From contig OX337234.1 of assembly GCA_946965045.2 (NCBI GenBank), positions 2,418,001 through 2,482,000 of the forward strand: a stretch of 64,000 nt of DNA, written 5' to 3'. A model generated the notes under the pieces. The model was given only the letters and a program-made list of their open reading frames with translations. It was not told the DNA's origin and made no database searches. Every line of letters starts with the position of its first letter. Within the stretch, counting starts at the first letter, position 1. The DNA is from Epithemia pelagica. Lineage: Eukaryota > Protista > Bacillariophyta. This document shows positions 12,182-23,251 of this stretch, piece by piece. The position numbers and the translations under genes are program-made.

Positions 12182-13420
12182 TTAAGGTTTGCCACTGCTC
12201 TCTTGTGCCTTTCTCTGCTCTTCCTTCTCATCGATAACCGTTCGTACTGTGGAATCAATTCCGGTTAATGAGAACTCCACGGGTTCTCGAAGCATGGGGA
12301 CCCTCCAGCGCAACTCATTGTTGTTTTCATCCACGTTGTGTAGCCATCCTTCTAAAACAGCAACTCCCAATCGCGTATATTGGACCAACTCATCTTTCTT
12401 GCTCGAGTCACCACCATTTTCACCGTCCTTCCAACTCTCCCCTAAATGATTCTTCATTACCATATCGGCCAAGGTTTTAAGTGCAAAAGATTCTCTGAAG
12501 CGACACGTGATTTCAAACAAGACATCAATTTGGGCCGCCACAGGCTTTGGCTTGTCAAAATCAGGATCGCTGGCTCGGAATTCCTCGTATCTATAATCGT
12601 CATTGAAATCCACCTCCATGGCCCTGGCTCGAAGGATGGCGACTTGATTTATCTTGGCTGATCCCTTGACATAGGATGACGTGAAGGAAAGCGAGGATTC
12701 GTTGCCACCTGAAGAACCGTTCTCGTCCAAGGGTTGACCCTTTGCAGAGAGCGCGGGTAGGTTGTACTTTTTCCGAAATAGCGCCTCTCTAACTGTGGAA
12801 TCGTGTAGATGTTGAAGGAAAGTTGGTGTAGCCATTTCAACAACCGATGCTACGACTGAATCGGGGTTTTCCTTTGCTTCTTTAATCCAAGTAGTTTCAA
12901 CACTTTGCAATAAGTCTGGTTCTATCCCTCCTTGCAAAACTTGTTCCACGATTCTTGAAAATATCTTTTCCTCCGACTCCTCTTCCTTGGTCTCAGAGCT
13001 CGTCTCTCGTTTAGTTGGCGTTTCTGGTTCCTCTCTTTCTTGAATCTTTTTAGATTCCTGGTTTTGAAGTTCGAACACAAGATCGTGAAAATTGGTCAAG
13101 GCTGGACCAACAGCATGGCAAAACTCGAGGGCATCAAAATTGTACTTTTTCCATAACGGATTGTGATAAAGTGAGTCAAATAGAGACATAGATAGCAACG
13201 CTCCGTTACCACCAGGAGATACCTGGGAATGATGACGAGAATTATGCAGGACTTGATCTTGAATGATACCCTTGGATATCATTGACTCTAACGCATCTCG
13301 GTCTTCTTTGCTCCATGCCGTTGACGCCACACCACGCAAAGCGGACCACGCAGTCTCATACCATGTTGGAGCAGGAAGCAACAGTTTGGATAGGCACAAT
13401 TCAACGCCGCGCTTTGCCAT
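12182..13420 (-). CDS. Hypothetical protein, weak resemblance to Tim44/MAIP1-like fold
   Basis: 412-aa ORF. Segments FDALEFCHAVGPAL, AQIDVLFE and VAVLEGWL..LRWRV loosely recall Tim44-like proteins. The 5' end may be incomplete. Confidence 0.55.
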   Translation of the reverse strand: MAKRGVELCLSKLLLPAPTWYETAWSALRGVASTAWSKEDRDALESMISKGIIQDQVLHNSRHHSQVSPGGNGALLSMSLFDSLYHNPLWKKYNFDALEFCHAVGPALTNFHDLVFELQNQESKKIQEREEPETPTKRETSSETKEEESEEKIFSRIVEQVLQGGIEPDLLQSVETTWIKEAKENPDSVVASVVEMATPTFLQHLHDSTVREALFRKKYNLPALSAKGQPLDENGSSGGNESSLSFTSSYVKGSAKINQVAILRARAMEVDFNDDYRYEEFRASDPDFDKPKPVAAQIDVLFEITCRFRESFALKTLADMVMKNHLGESWKDGENGGDSSKKDELVQYTRLGVAVLEGWLHNVDENNNELRWRVPMLREPVEFSLTGIDSTVRTVIDEKEEQRKAQESSGKP

Positions 13421-13507
13421 TGTCTCTTAGGGAACAACGCTTTTTCTGAAAAAATTTTAAATACTGAGTTGGCTTTTCCACAAGATTTTGTCCACGCCCA
13501 CCAACTA

Positions 13508-13556
13508 CCTACTGTAATTTGCGGATTCCTGTCCCCCCTATAGTCCTGTCCCCCCC
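13508..13556. repeat. Left TIR and subterminal repeat of the DNA transposon
   Basis: Inverted match to 26300-26330; second TCCTGTCCCCCC copy at about 13544-13556. Confidence 0.85.
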
Positions 13557-13854
13557 ACTCCCCTTAAACGTACATGGCCCCCTAACTTTTTATCTGTAGG
13601 TTGTTTCTGGGCTTATGGGGGGAGGGGTGCAGTTTTCTAAGGCAGCGATCTGATTGGTGCCTTTTCCCCCCTGTCACTATCCTCCAACTGTCAACCAACT
13701 GTCGGATCAACACTAATAATTAGTCTAAAAAATCCAATGGCGATCCAATTAGCTATAAAAAACGTCTAAGTAACGCTATTCAATATTTCAAAGTCGGTGG
13801 TCCCGGTCGGATGGAATTCGGAACTTCCCGATTCCCATCCGAGTTCACCAGAAA

Positions 13855-16800
13855 ATGCCAACCACAAAAATTCCCTCCTCATCTCTCACGAAACAAACAA
13901 AACACACAACTAAGTTCATAATTCTAAGAACAAAACAAAAACTAAGAGGGATGGAAGAGGAAGAGTCTATTATGGGCTTTAATGACCAACCGGGCTTCTC
14001 TCATGAGTCGACCCATGCTATGAGCTTCTTGAAAGAGTCGTCTCAACTGACAGATCCGGGCTTCTCTCATGAGTCAACCCATGCTATGAGCTTCTCGAAA
14101 GAGTCGTCTCAACTGACAGATCCGGGCTTCTCTCATGAGTCGACCCATGCTATGAGCTTCTCGAAAGAGTCGTCTCAACTGACGAAAACCACCACCGCTG
14201 ACAAACGGTCATCGTTGGATCCATACTTTTACCGCTGCTTCGTGTACTCCCAAGACGCACGAAGAGTGGAACAAGAAATGGAAGACTCCGGGAAAATGGG
14301 CATTCAGAGTCAAAAACGCCAACCCGCCAACCGAGCCATCAAGAGAAAGCCGGAGTACCAGTTTTCCTGTTACCAAAATCAGAATCGAATGAAGGGGGGA
14401 CCTGGTGCCAACCCTTTCAAATACAAAGGGAAGGCATTTGATCCGTTGATCAACTGTGCCGTTTGCGTGGCAGAGTCGAAGGGAACCAAGAAGCCACATC
14501 GTGGACATCATCCTCAATGTCCCAAGAATCGCAAGACGAAAGGACGGAAAAGCACCAATGATGTCTACTTCGACAAAAAGGCAAAACAATTGGCTGCCAT
14601 TAATGGTGAATCGTTCGAGGGAACCTTCACCAACGTATCGGAGCTACCACCGGAGACACGCAAATATGCGCAGAAAATGGTGGCCCCTCAACGCACGGAC
14701 CATTCTAACCTGCACGACGCTGTTTGCGACGCAATGGCAGATCCAGAATTTGTCTCATCTTCAGCGGACAAAAAGACCGGGGCTCCTCTTGCCATTATGG
14801 CTGTGGTTCGACACCTAGTCAACCATAAGGAGAAGGGTTGGTACGAACCCAACACATTGGAATTCAAAATCTCAATTGTGCGTTCTGGTAACTATATCAA
14901 CCCCCATTACCACGCCATCGAGGGGCAAGTAATTTACAACGTGTGTTGGGAAGACCAGTTCCCAGGTCTCCAGATCGATTGTCTGTCTTGCGGCAAGGGC
15001 AAGTTGCGCCGTGACAGGACTAACTTCTCCAAAAACAAGAAACTCTTCGCCATTTTCAAATTGGGAACGGTTCCTGGATGGGCAATTGTGATGACTTACA
15101 AATGCACTCATTGTGGAATTCGTTATGAAGCCAACGATGCCGCAGTTCTTTCGGTCTTGCCTATCCACATCCGAAAGGCATACCCAGTCGATCCGAAATA
15201 TGCCGACAACACGATGACCTTCCACATCGATAAAGGCCTCAGCCAAATCTTAGAGGAGCTCATGTTGACGTACGGGAATGGAGACAAGTGTCGAAAATGA
15301 TATTCAACACTTTGACCAAGCAGTACTCGGATCGTTTTACTGAGTATTTATCGGAATGGAAAAACATTCGCATGTTATCGCAGATTGAAGGACCCACACC
15401 GTTGTACCCTCTTCTTTTTGGAGAGTTCATTACAACGTATCCTCCCAGCGGGGAGACACTTCGAAACTTGTTCGAGTCTGCCTCTAAATCGTCCCGAACC
15501 CCTTACAGGATTTCGGACTGCGATCGCTGTACACGAGAGATCCAATCCGTCACAACTTCGCATATGTTTGCACAGGACCATACGATGGAAGCGACTAAGA
15601 ACTACCGCAAAGCTCTTGGAGCACATGCAGTCTGGGATGCAGCAACAGAGACAGGTGAGATTGCGTCAGCCTGTCTAGTTCCCGATACCAAGACAAGCTC
15701 GTTTGCCCATGCGGCGGAATTTCTCGCGAGGAGGTCCGGTTTTCAACCCATTGCGATGTACAGTGACACTTGGCCCGCGAAAGTGAAGTTTTGGAAACTT
15801 CTATTCGGTGACGACTTTGAAGGACGTTTGGGCTTGTATCACTTTTTGCAACGAATGATCAAAACCATGAGGCAGGGACACAACCTGTACCACAAGGCAT
15901 TGACGGACCTTTTGCAATGTGTCTACGGATTCGAAAAGGAATCATACAACACACTCCTCAACGCTTTGAAAACTGGCAAAATGGGCCGGGATGGTGTGGC
16001 ATATACCATGTCGGAAATTCTCGAGATGCAAGATACACCTGAATTTCGAGGTCGGTTTGCCAAGTACCTCATGAAGGAGATACACCCTCCAATGGTCATT
16101 GAGCACAATCTCCAAAAGTGGTTTGACCAGTACAAGGGTAGTGAAGACCCACGTACAGGAAAAAAACTCTTCACCGTCGACACCAAGACTGCTGTCGTGG
16201 AGCAGATGAAGAATGCGGCGTACATTCAAGACACAGTCCCTCTCAAGGATGTGTACAGAGTTGTAAAGCCGACGGCGGCAACAAAGCACGAATGTAATGA
16301 ATATCATTCATTGCGTTGTGAGTCAAAGATTGAGGCATACCACGACCACTTGGCCCATTTTGGTAATTGTGGCATGAACGCTAACTTGTGTGACGCGTTG
16401 AATTTGATTGGCACTGCCCAGTACAATGTCAAGATTCGTCATAAGTTGCGCATGTCAAATGACTCTGACTCTTCAGCCGCGGCGGAAAGCGTTCCTATGG
16501 GATGGAAGACCGAACCCGATTTCTACAACCATTGCGAGTTAATCTTTGCCAATGGATTGGCTGAACAGGTAGACTACCCCATTCTACCTTTTCCATTCGC
16601 TCGTCCATTGCCAGAAGACAATGGCGAAGTATTTTTTGCAAAGTATATGGTTGCACAGAACGACCGGGATGACCAGTATCCCCGGAGTGGTCTGTCCGAC
16701 CGATGTCACTGTCCCTCATGTGGTAATAACGAAGTCCCGTTATTGCACGAAAGGAAGCAACCACCTATTCTTCCAGTTGAAGGGCAGGTGTTGGGCAAGA

Positions 16801-17320
16801 AGCGACCTTGTCCTACGGAGGACAATGATACTCCGGTGAGTCGCTCAACATACACAGAAACGACTCTGGGAACCCAAGACTCGGTTACCGTTTTCCCGAC
16901 TCCAGATCAACCACGTCCATCGCCTCAGACCACCGTCGATCGCATTTTAAATGTGTCTTTCAACAGTGCCGAGACAGAGGCGACTGTCACAGTGGTAATG
17001 TCTCAAGAGTCAAGTCAGAGTGGAGTCAAAGAGGACGATGCTTTCTGTTGCCCGGTAAATTCACAGGTATCTTCGGTGGCCTCAAGTGTGGGATCAAAAA
17101 GGATCAAAAACCCGTACAAAAGGCCCCGTGTCGGTAAGATTCAGATGATGCCGTACAACAAGCACGAGTCCCCACCCTTGATCATCGCCAAGGGAACGAA
17201 GTCCAGTCTGATTGAAATCAATGAAAGTCAGGAGATGACCCCTGCTTCAGTTGAATCATCGTCGTGGTCTTCGTCCGATATTTCCCGCACCAAACGTCCA
17301 AAGGCTCAACACAAGGTTTG
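13855..17320 (+). pseudogene. DDE-like transposase (DUF6729-like), frameshifted near 15290 and interrupted by an LTR element at 17320
   Basis: ORFs 13855..15300 and 15288..17402 join if one base is restored at aagtgtcgaaaatg (GDKC-SKMIFN). Putative catalytic motifs: AQDHT, YSDTWP, GRLGLYHFLQR, ESKIEAYH. Removing the LTR element restores the C-terminus (22728..22833, VCCAAFLEW..GRPPHLPGCP). Confidence 0.7.
13990..14183 (+). repeat. 66-bp coding tandem repeat x3
   Basis: Units start at 13990, 14056 and 14122 and encode PGFSHESTHAMSF(L/S)KESSQLT(D). Confidence 0.95.
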
Positions 17321-18082
17321 TGTTAGGATTCTCACCTTTAACTATGTGATGGTGGAATCTACAACACATCGACTGATGCTAGTATTTTATGGCATCCAAT
17401 GACATTTGTGTAAAAGTGAGAAAAGAATGACGGCATGCTCGCGGACCTATAATTTTGGCCAAGGCATGCTCGCAGTGCACGCGCTATCGGCGACCGCTCG
17501 GATATTGACTATGGCCCATCACGTGCGCGCCCAGTATTCTCAAGCGCGCGCAATCACGATCCGAGTGAGCACCTCCACGACTTACCTCAACGACCTAAGT
17601 AATCAAAGCACGAATCACGATCACGCGAGACCATATTTCCATTCCCACAATTCCAAGAATGCAATCAACAACGCGCCAAGAAAACTACCTATATCACAAC
17701 AAAGCAAGAGCTGTTGGCATTGGTATATGATATACAACTGCATATACTTTCAATACAACAATGCAGGTCTACTCCAACCATTTGAGGACCTATCACACCA
17801 GATCCATGGCCGTATACAGGAGCCAGGACCTCGACCTTCATCAAACACCTTAGTTAGTAATCATCTCACAATCATTAATATCACCATTTTAACACTCATC
17901 TTAAGACTAACCTCTTATCAGTGGACCGACTGCCCCCACCCACGGCGGACTTCGACTTGCAACTCTTCTCTGACCCGTGGAGGATTGTTGTATCGGTTGG
18001 TGATTCGATTGTCGGCTCAGCGAGCCTTTTACCTATCCCAACTACCTATTACCCTTCTGAATTCTCAATGAGAGTTCTACTA
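17321..18082 (+). repeat. 5' LTR (TGTTAG...CTACTA)
   Basis: Direct repeat of 21961-22722. Confidence 0.93.
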
Positions 18083-18102
18083 GATTAACAGTCTCATCGC
18101 TC
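18083..18102 (+). promoter_or_regulatory. Primer-binding site complementary to a tRNA-Asn(GUU) anticodon arm (half-tRNA type)
   Basis: GATTAACAGTCTCATCGCTC abuts the LTR. Its reverse complement ...GAGA-CT-GTT-AA-TC is a canonical anticodon loop ending at tRNA position 40. Confidence 0.65.
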
Positions 18103-18586
18103 ATTGCCCTGCAGTCGCATTGGAGATCATACTTACCCATCTACATTGAGTACAGATTGAGCTACACCAACAAACAAGAGTTAGAGGACAAAGCTACCCA
18201 ACCCAACAACAGGGCCAGCCTGGCTAAGGCTAGGGTCATCAACCCTCTCCTATTCCAGGACCTCAAGCTGGACCAGGACTTCGTGCAACTACCTTCCCAA
18301 TACTCACCTGACCAGTACTTTGCTGAGGACTACGAGCAAGACGAGGAAGCTACCATTATTACTGACTCCCTGGTTCAACTCGATCACCGCAACGAGTCCG
18401 GAAGTGACCAAGGATAAGTATCTTTAAGTAGTTTCCACAACAAACCAGAGACAAAACCGAGTTCCGCACATCCGGGTTCCCAGCACAACACACATCCGGG
18501 TACTGACATACGTGGCACACACGTGGTACATCCGGGTTCAGATCACACCACACATTAAATAAACAACGAACCAACCATATACTACC

Positions 18587-21500
18587 ATGGATCCAACATA
18601 CCCCAAGACACCTTCTCTTCCTTCTGACGGCTCAGTACCGCCTGACATATCAGATACACAAGTGTTCAATCATATCACCCAGCATCTATTTGAATGTGAT
18701 GAAGAACGAGCTCAAGCCCTTCATCAATGGATAAAACATAGTGGTTTCGAACACATTCTGAATGTCATCGACTATCTTGCAGTCAATCCAGAAAAGAATA
18801 TCAAGGACCTTGTACAATACAAATATGGGAACAAGACCATGGACCTGAAGACATATACAAGGCATCAACTGAAGATCCTAGCATATTGGTCACGAGAACA
18901 AACCTCAACCCTGCAGCAGTGTGATATATCCTGTTCTACCTGGTTGAACCTCACCAAGGCCAATTACGATCATTGGAGAATCAATGCAGACTTCACCAAG
19001 CTTCGCCTGAACCAAGGTTGGATTTCGTCATTTCATTTAGCAAAAAGAGAGGTGCTACGTCTTAACAACTACATCTCCAATCTTTGTCTCGATGATTCAT
19101 GGCACGGCACAACCTATCAGTTTCTTCTCCACTTTCAACACCAATTCCATCTTCTCGACAATCTGGGATCAATGTTTGATCACATTCCTGGCCACTCCAC
19201 TAGGATGACCTTCCTGATGAAAGCCGTTGAAAAGGTACCTGATTTACGACAAGTCAACATCTTGTCTGGTGCAAAGACACTTTGTTATCAATCATATTTC
19301 CGTCTTCTCCTTGATGCCGCATATGATCATGACCAAGCAACTCAAGCACCAAAGTCTAACCGATTTAAGCATACCAAGCAATGCGACTTTCAATATGATC
19401 AAGATTTTGATATCAAAGATCTATCACCCAAAGAAAAACACCGCATGATTAAGAGAACTAACGTGAAGACCAAGAAATCATCTTCGCTTCGTCCAAAGAT
19501 CAGTCTTCCAAGAGATCTGTGGAGTAAACTCAACGACAATAGTCGTCAAGTAATCATTGCGTACAACAAGTCTACCCAGAATGCGTCATCAACAACTGCA
19601 TGCATGGAACAGATGCATACTCTTGACATTGATCCGGAACCTGATCCCGACCCTGGTCGTGCATGGATTGACGACATGATTCAAGATGATTCCCAAGACC
19701 ATCAAGATAATTTCTTTGATGTGATTACCCGGTTGGCTCCACAAGTTGTGACCAATATTGATGTCAATCATCCAACATCTGATCTTGCTAATTTGGTGTC
19801 CAATATCAAGGCAACATCCATCCCTAATGATTGTCTCGAGAACAACAACTGTAAACAGAAAGTTGAGATATCTCGACATCTGCTCTCTCGCATGTCTACT
19901 TTCTCCGGTGACAATCAATTGACTGGCTATAATCATTGGTATCTTGATCCCATGCAAGATACGGCACCTTCTTCAAGGACTGTTGAAAATGATGGCAACA
20001 ATCCGCATGATGCTTTTGGGAAGTATACCAATCGCGTTGTCTGTAACCTCAACCTTCTCTTGGATTTACCTTACGATCATGGACCTGATACGCCTTCCTT
20101 CTTCACACCCCTGCTTGGAGAATACTGTTCCAAACCATACCTCCAAGATCAGAACATGGCTGAGAACCGTTATCAGACCGTTAAGAGGACAACATACGTC
20201 GTGACCGTTTCGGGCCATATCCCTCTTGAGATCCTCAATGGTCGCCCACCCGGCATTACCCACCCACTTTTCTTCCTTATCTGGGACAAGGCCCCCTACT
20301 TTACCGAATCATATGCCCTCTCCCACCGTCCCTACCGTCCCTACCCTCCCTCTTTTGTCACGACACTTGGCTACTGGCTTGTTTTTGTCCCTCCTTTTGG
20401 TGATACTTTGTCTCTGGACACTCAAACCCTTTGTTACTCTGCCATTCTTCATGATGCACCCACGCCACCCAGCAACTTTTGTGTGGATACCTCTTCAGGG
20501 GAGGAGTCGCTTCCAAATAAACCCATTTTCATTTGTAGCAAAGGTGAAGATCCATCCACGCAAATGCCTATGATCAAATGTGATAACACTATTGGACAAC
20601 CTTTCCTTGTTTATGATCCAGAGGAAAATGGGGAGCAACGACAACCATATAATGGGGAGCAACCACAACCATGTCTTATCAGATGCATCGTTGATTTAGA
20701 ACAAGATGCTCTCAAGCAAGAAGACTATATCAAGTACACTTTCTGCAAATCCATTTCCGACATTGACAAGATAATTTCATACCGTCAACATATGGAATAC
20801 ATCAAACAGGACAACCAAGCACAGGCAACTGAAGATGACGTTTTCCAGTTCAGAGACGTTGTTGCAGATCAAGAACCGTCAAGTATTAGCAACAATCCTG
20901 ACTACAAAAGAAGTCACTGTAATATACTTGTTGATTGGGAGACTGGGGCGATGATCTATGAGCCTCCGTCACTCATGGTAAATGATGCCTATGCCAAGAA
21001 ACATGACCTATTAAATGAACTTGGATGGAAACATCTCAAGCGTTTTGTCAAGACCAGTAAATGCCTTGTTCAAGCTGCCAAACAGCAGTCAAGAATCAAG
21101 CAAGACTGTCGTTCCATCAAGTACAAGTTTGGTTATCAAGTTTCAATGACAAATGAAGAATTAGTTGTTTTGTTAGACAAGCAACATGGTAAAAGAAAGT
21201 GGCACGACACTACTGAAGTTGAGCTCTTTCAGGCTTCACAGATCCAATCCCTCACAAAAGTCAAGGATTGCGTTCAAGCTCAGTTCAAGAGAAGGGAAAT
21301 GATAAATGCATCACCAGAAGAGTATCACAAGAACAAGATTCAAATCCATCTTGTAAAACATGATGATAGTCGCCCAGCACTTCTCATCACAGACGAGGCT
21401 TTTACCAAAGAACCGGTTGAGGCAATCTTTTTGTGTACTACTTCCATTCACAACTTTCATACAACCACCTGTCTTGGGATTCTCAATGATATGGATATAT

Positions 21501-21985
21501 GGGGAGCAAAAGTTGGAAATGCACACGACCTGGAAGCTTTATCTGGAGAGAAGATCTTGATAGTTGCAAGACAAGAACTCAAGGAATCAGGTCACATCTT
21601 GATTATGCACAAGGCCTCAAAGGGATTAAAATCTTCAGGAGCATGTTGGCGTGACTGTTTCTTTGACATCCCACTTGATATGGATTTGTCACCAACTAAA
21701 GCAGATCCCAATGTTTGGATGAAGAAGGCACCTGGGGAGCATAGCTCAAAGGGCACCGACAAGACCTACCAACTGAAGAATGATGAACTGATTACTTATT
21801 GCCTGAGATATCCCTATGAGAGCGTCCGGGATACATTGTCAGTAAGCATTGGAAATTCTCAAAAGTATGGACCACGTTCAAGATCATATTCTTCTGGGGA
21901 GGAAACGTTCAGAAGCATGACAAGGAAAATAACAATCCTCACTCGACGAATTGTGGGGAGTGTTAGGATTCTCACCTTTAACTAG
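18587..21985 (+). CDS. Gag plus degenerate Pol remnant (1132 aa), catalytically incomplete
   Basis: CoDi-like gag N-terminus; inter-domain motif WETGAMIYEP..YAKKHDLLNELGWKHLK; eroded RT motifs (KYKFGYQV, AKVGNAH, KASKGLKSSG, PTKADPNVW). No YVDD, no RNase H and no recognisable integrase core. Confidence 0.7.
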   Translation: MDPTYPKTPSLPSDGSVPPDISDTQVFNHITQHLFECDEERAQALHQWIKHSGFEHILNVIDYLAVNPEKNIKDLVQYKYGNKTMDLKTYTRHQLKILAYWSREQTSTLQQCDISCSTWLNLTKANYDHWRINADFTKLRLNQGWISSFHLAKREVLRLNNYISNLCLDDSWHGTTYQFLLHFQHQFHLLDNLGSMFDHIPGHSTRMTFLMKAVEKVPDLRQVNILSGAKTLCYQSYFRLLLDAAYDHDQATQAPKSNRFKHTKQCDFQYDQDFDIKDLSPKEKHRMIKRTNVKTKKSSSLRPKISLPRDLWSKLNDNSRQVIIAYNKSTQNASSTTACMEQMHTLDIDPEPDPDPGRAWIDDMIQDDSQDHQDNFFDVITRLAPQVVTNIDVNHPTSDLANLVSNIKATSIPNDCLENNNCKQKVEISRHLLSRMSTFSGDNQLTGYNHWYLDPMQDTAPSSRTVENDGNNPHDAFGKYTNRVVCNLNLLLDLPYDHGPDTPSFFTPLLGEYCSKPYLQDQNMAENRYQTVKRTTYVVTVSGHIPLEILNGRPPGITHPLFFLIWDKAPYFTESYALSHRPYRPYPPSFVTTLGYWLVFVPPFGDTLSLDTQTLCYSAILHDAPTPPSNFCVDTSSGEESLPNKPIFICSKGEDPSTQMPMIKCDNTIGQPFLVYDPEENGEQRQPYNGEQPQPCLIRCIVDLEQDALKQEDYIKYTFCKSISDIDKIISYRQHMEYIKQDNQAQATEDDVFQFRDVVADQEPSSISNNPDYKRSHCNILVDWETGAMIYEPPSLMVNDAYAKKHDLLNELGWKHLKRFVKTSKCLVQAAKQQSRIKQDCRSIKYKFGYQVSMTNEELVVLLDKQHGKRKWHDTTEVELFQASQIQSLTKVKDCVQAQFKRREMINASPEEYHKNKIQIHLVKHDDSRPALLITDEAFTKEPVEAIFLCTTSIHNFHTTTCLGILNDMDIWGAKVGNAHDLEALSGEKILIVARQELKESGHILIMHKASKGLKSSGACWRDCFFDIPLDMDLSPTKADPNVWMKKAPGEHSSKGTDKTYQLKNDELITYCLRYPYESVRDTLSVSIGNSQKYGPRSRSYSSGEETFRSMTRKITILTRRIVGSVRILTFN

Positions 21986-22722
21986 GTGATGGTGGAATCT
22001 ACAACACATCGACTGATGCTAGTATTTTATGGCATCCAATGACATTTGTGTAAAAGTGAGAAAAGAATGACGGCATGCTCGCGGACCTATAATTTTGGCC
22101 AAGGCATGCTCGCAGTGCACGCGCTATCGGCGACCGCTCGGATATTGACTATGGCCCATCACGTGCGCGCCCAGTATTCTCAAGCGCGCGCAATCACGAT
22201 CCGAGTGAGCACCTCCACGACTTACCTCAACGACCTAAGTAATCAAAGCACGAATCACGATCACGCGAGACCATATTTCCATTCCCACAATTCCAAGAAT
22301 GCAATCAACAACGCGCCAAGAAAACTACCTATATCACAACAAAGCAAGAGCTGTTGGCATTGGTATATGATATACAACTGCATATACTTTCAATACAACA
22401 ATGCAGGTCTACTCCAACCATTTGAGGACCTATCACACCAGATCCATGGCCGTATACAGGAGCCAGGACCTCGACCTTCATCAAACACCTTAGTTAGTAA
22501 TCATCTCACAATCATTAATATCACCATTTTAATACTCATCTTAAGACTAACCTCTTATCAGTGGACCGACTGCCCCCACCCACGGCGGACTTCGACTTGC
22601 AACTCTTCTCTGACCCGTGGAGGATTGTTGTATCGGTTGGTGATTCGATTGTCGGCTCAGCGAGCCTTTTACCTATCCCAACTACCTATTACCCTTCTGA
22701 ATTCTCAATGAGAGTTCTACTA
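21961..22722 (+). repeat. 3' LTR
   Basis: Direct repeat of 17321-18082, preceded by the PPT and followed by TSD GTTTG. Confidence 0.93.
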
Positions 22723-22727
22723 GTTTG

Positions 22728-22833
22728 TTGCGCTGCCTTTTTGGAATGGGCGAGGAAATACAATCGTAATGGACGTCCTCCTCATTTGCCTGGATGTCCC
22801 AATAAGACCACAACACGCCGACCCAACAAGTAA
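22728..22833 (+). pseudogene. Displaced C-terminus of the DDE-like transposase
   Basis: In frame with ...AQHKV at 17320 once the LTR element and one TSD copy are removed; ends ...RRPNK*. Confidence 0.7.
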
Positions 22834-22945
22834 ACGTTGAATCGATGAGCTGCGAAGAGACATGTTTTGGTCTTTTCTGTTACAGTAAGACCGTGGAGGT
22901 ACGAGATACACAAGACCTCATTAGATACACAAGACCATGAAGAAG

Positions 22946-23119
22946 TAGGTACGAGATTAACAAGACCATGAGTATTAGGTACGAGATAAACAAGACCATG
23001 AAAAATAGGTACGAGATAAACAAGACCATGAAAAATAGGTACGAGATGAACAAGACCATGAAAAATAGGTACAAGATGAACAAGACCATGAAAAATAGGT
23101 ACGAGATGAACAAGACCAT
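22946..23119. repeat. 30-bp tandem array x6 (plus degenerate copies from about 22898)
   Basis: Unit taggtacgagat(a/g)aacaagaccatgaaaaa at 22946, 22976, 23006, 23036, 23066 and 23096. Confidence 0.95.
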
Positions 23120-23251
23120 TTTGGTTCAGTACAATATGAACCAAAGCTAGCTAAACCATTACACAAAGAAAGACGTCACAACGATTTACACTATATTAGT
23201 AAATCATTAAGAGAAATACTTCGTTATGGCCCAACAAAACCTTGTAGAGCT

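Larger units (their letters stand above)
17321..22722 (+). mobile_element. Non-autonomous Ty1/Copia (diatom CoDi-like) LTR retroelement
   Basis: 762-bp direct LTRs (17321-18082, 21961-22722) with about 2 differences seen by eye. 5-bp TSD GTTTG (17316-20, 22723-27). PPT ttgtggggag at 21951-60. Internal degenerate gag-pol ORF. Confidence 0.93.

Noticed and set aside
17406-18071. 221-aa ORFs duplicated at 17406 and 22046
   Set aside because: They lie wholly inside the LTRs, start at a non-ATG codon and carry no recognisable motifs.
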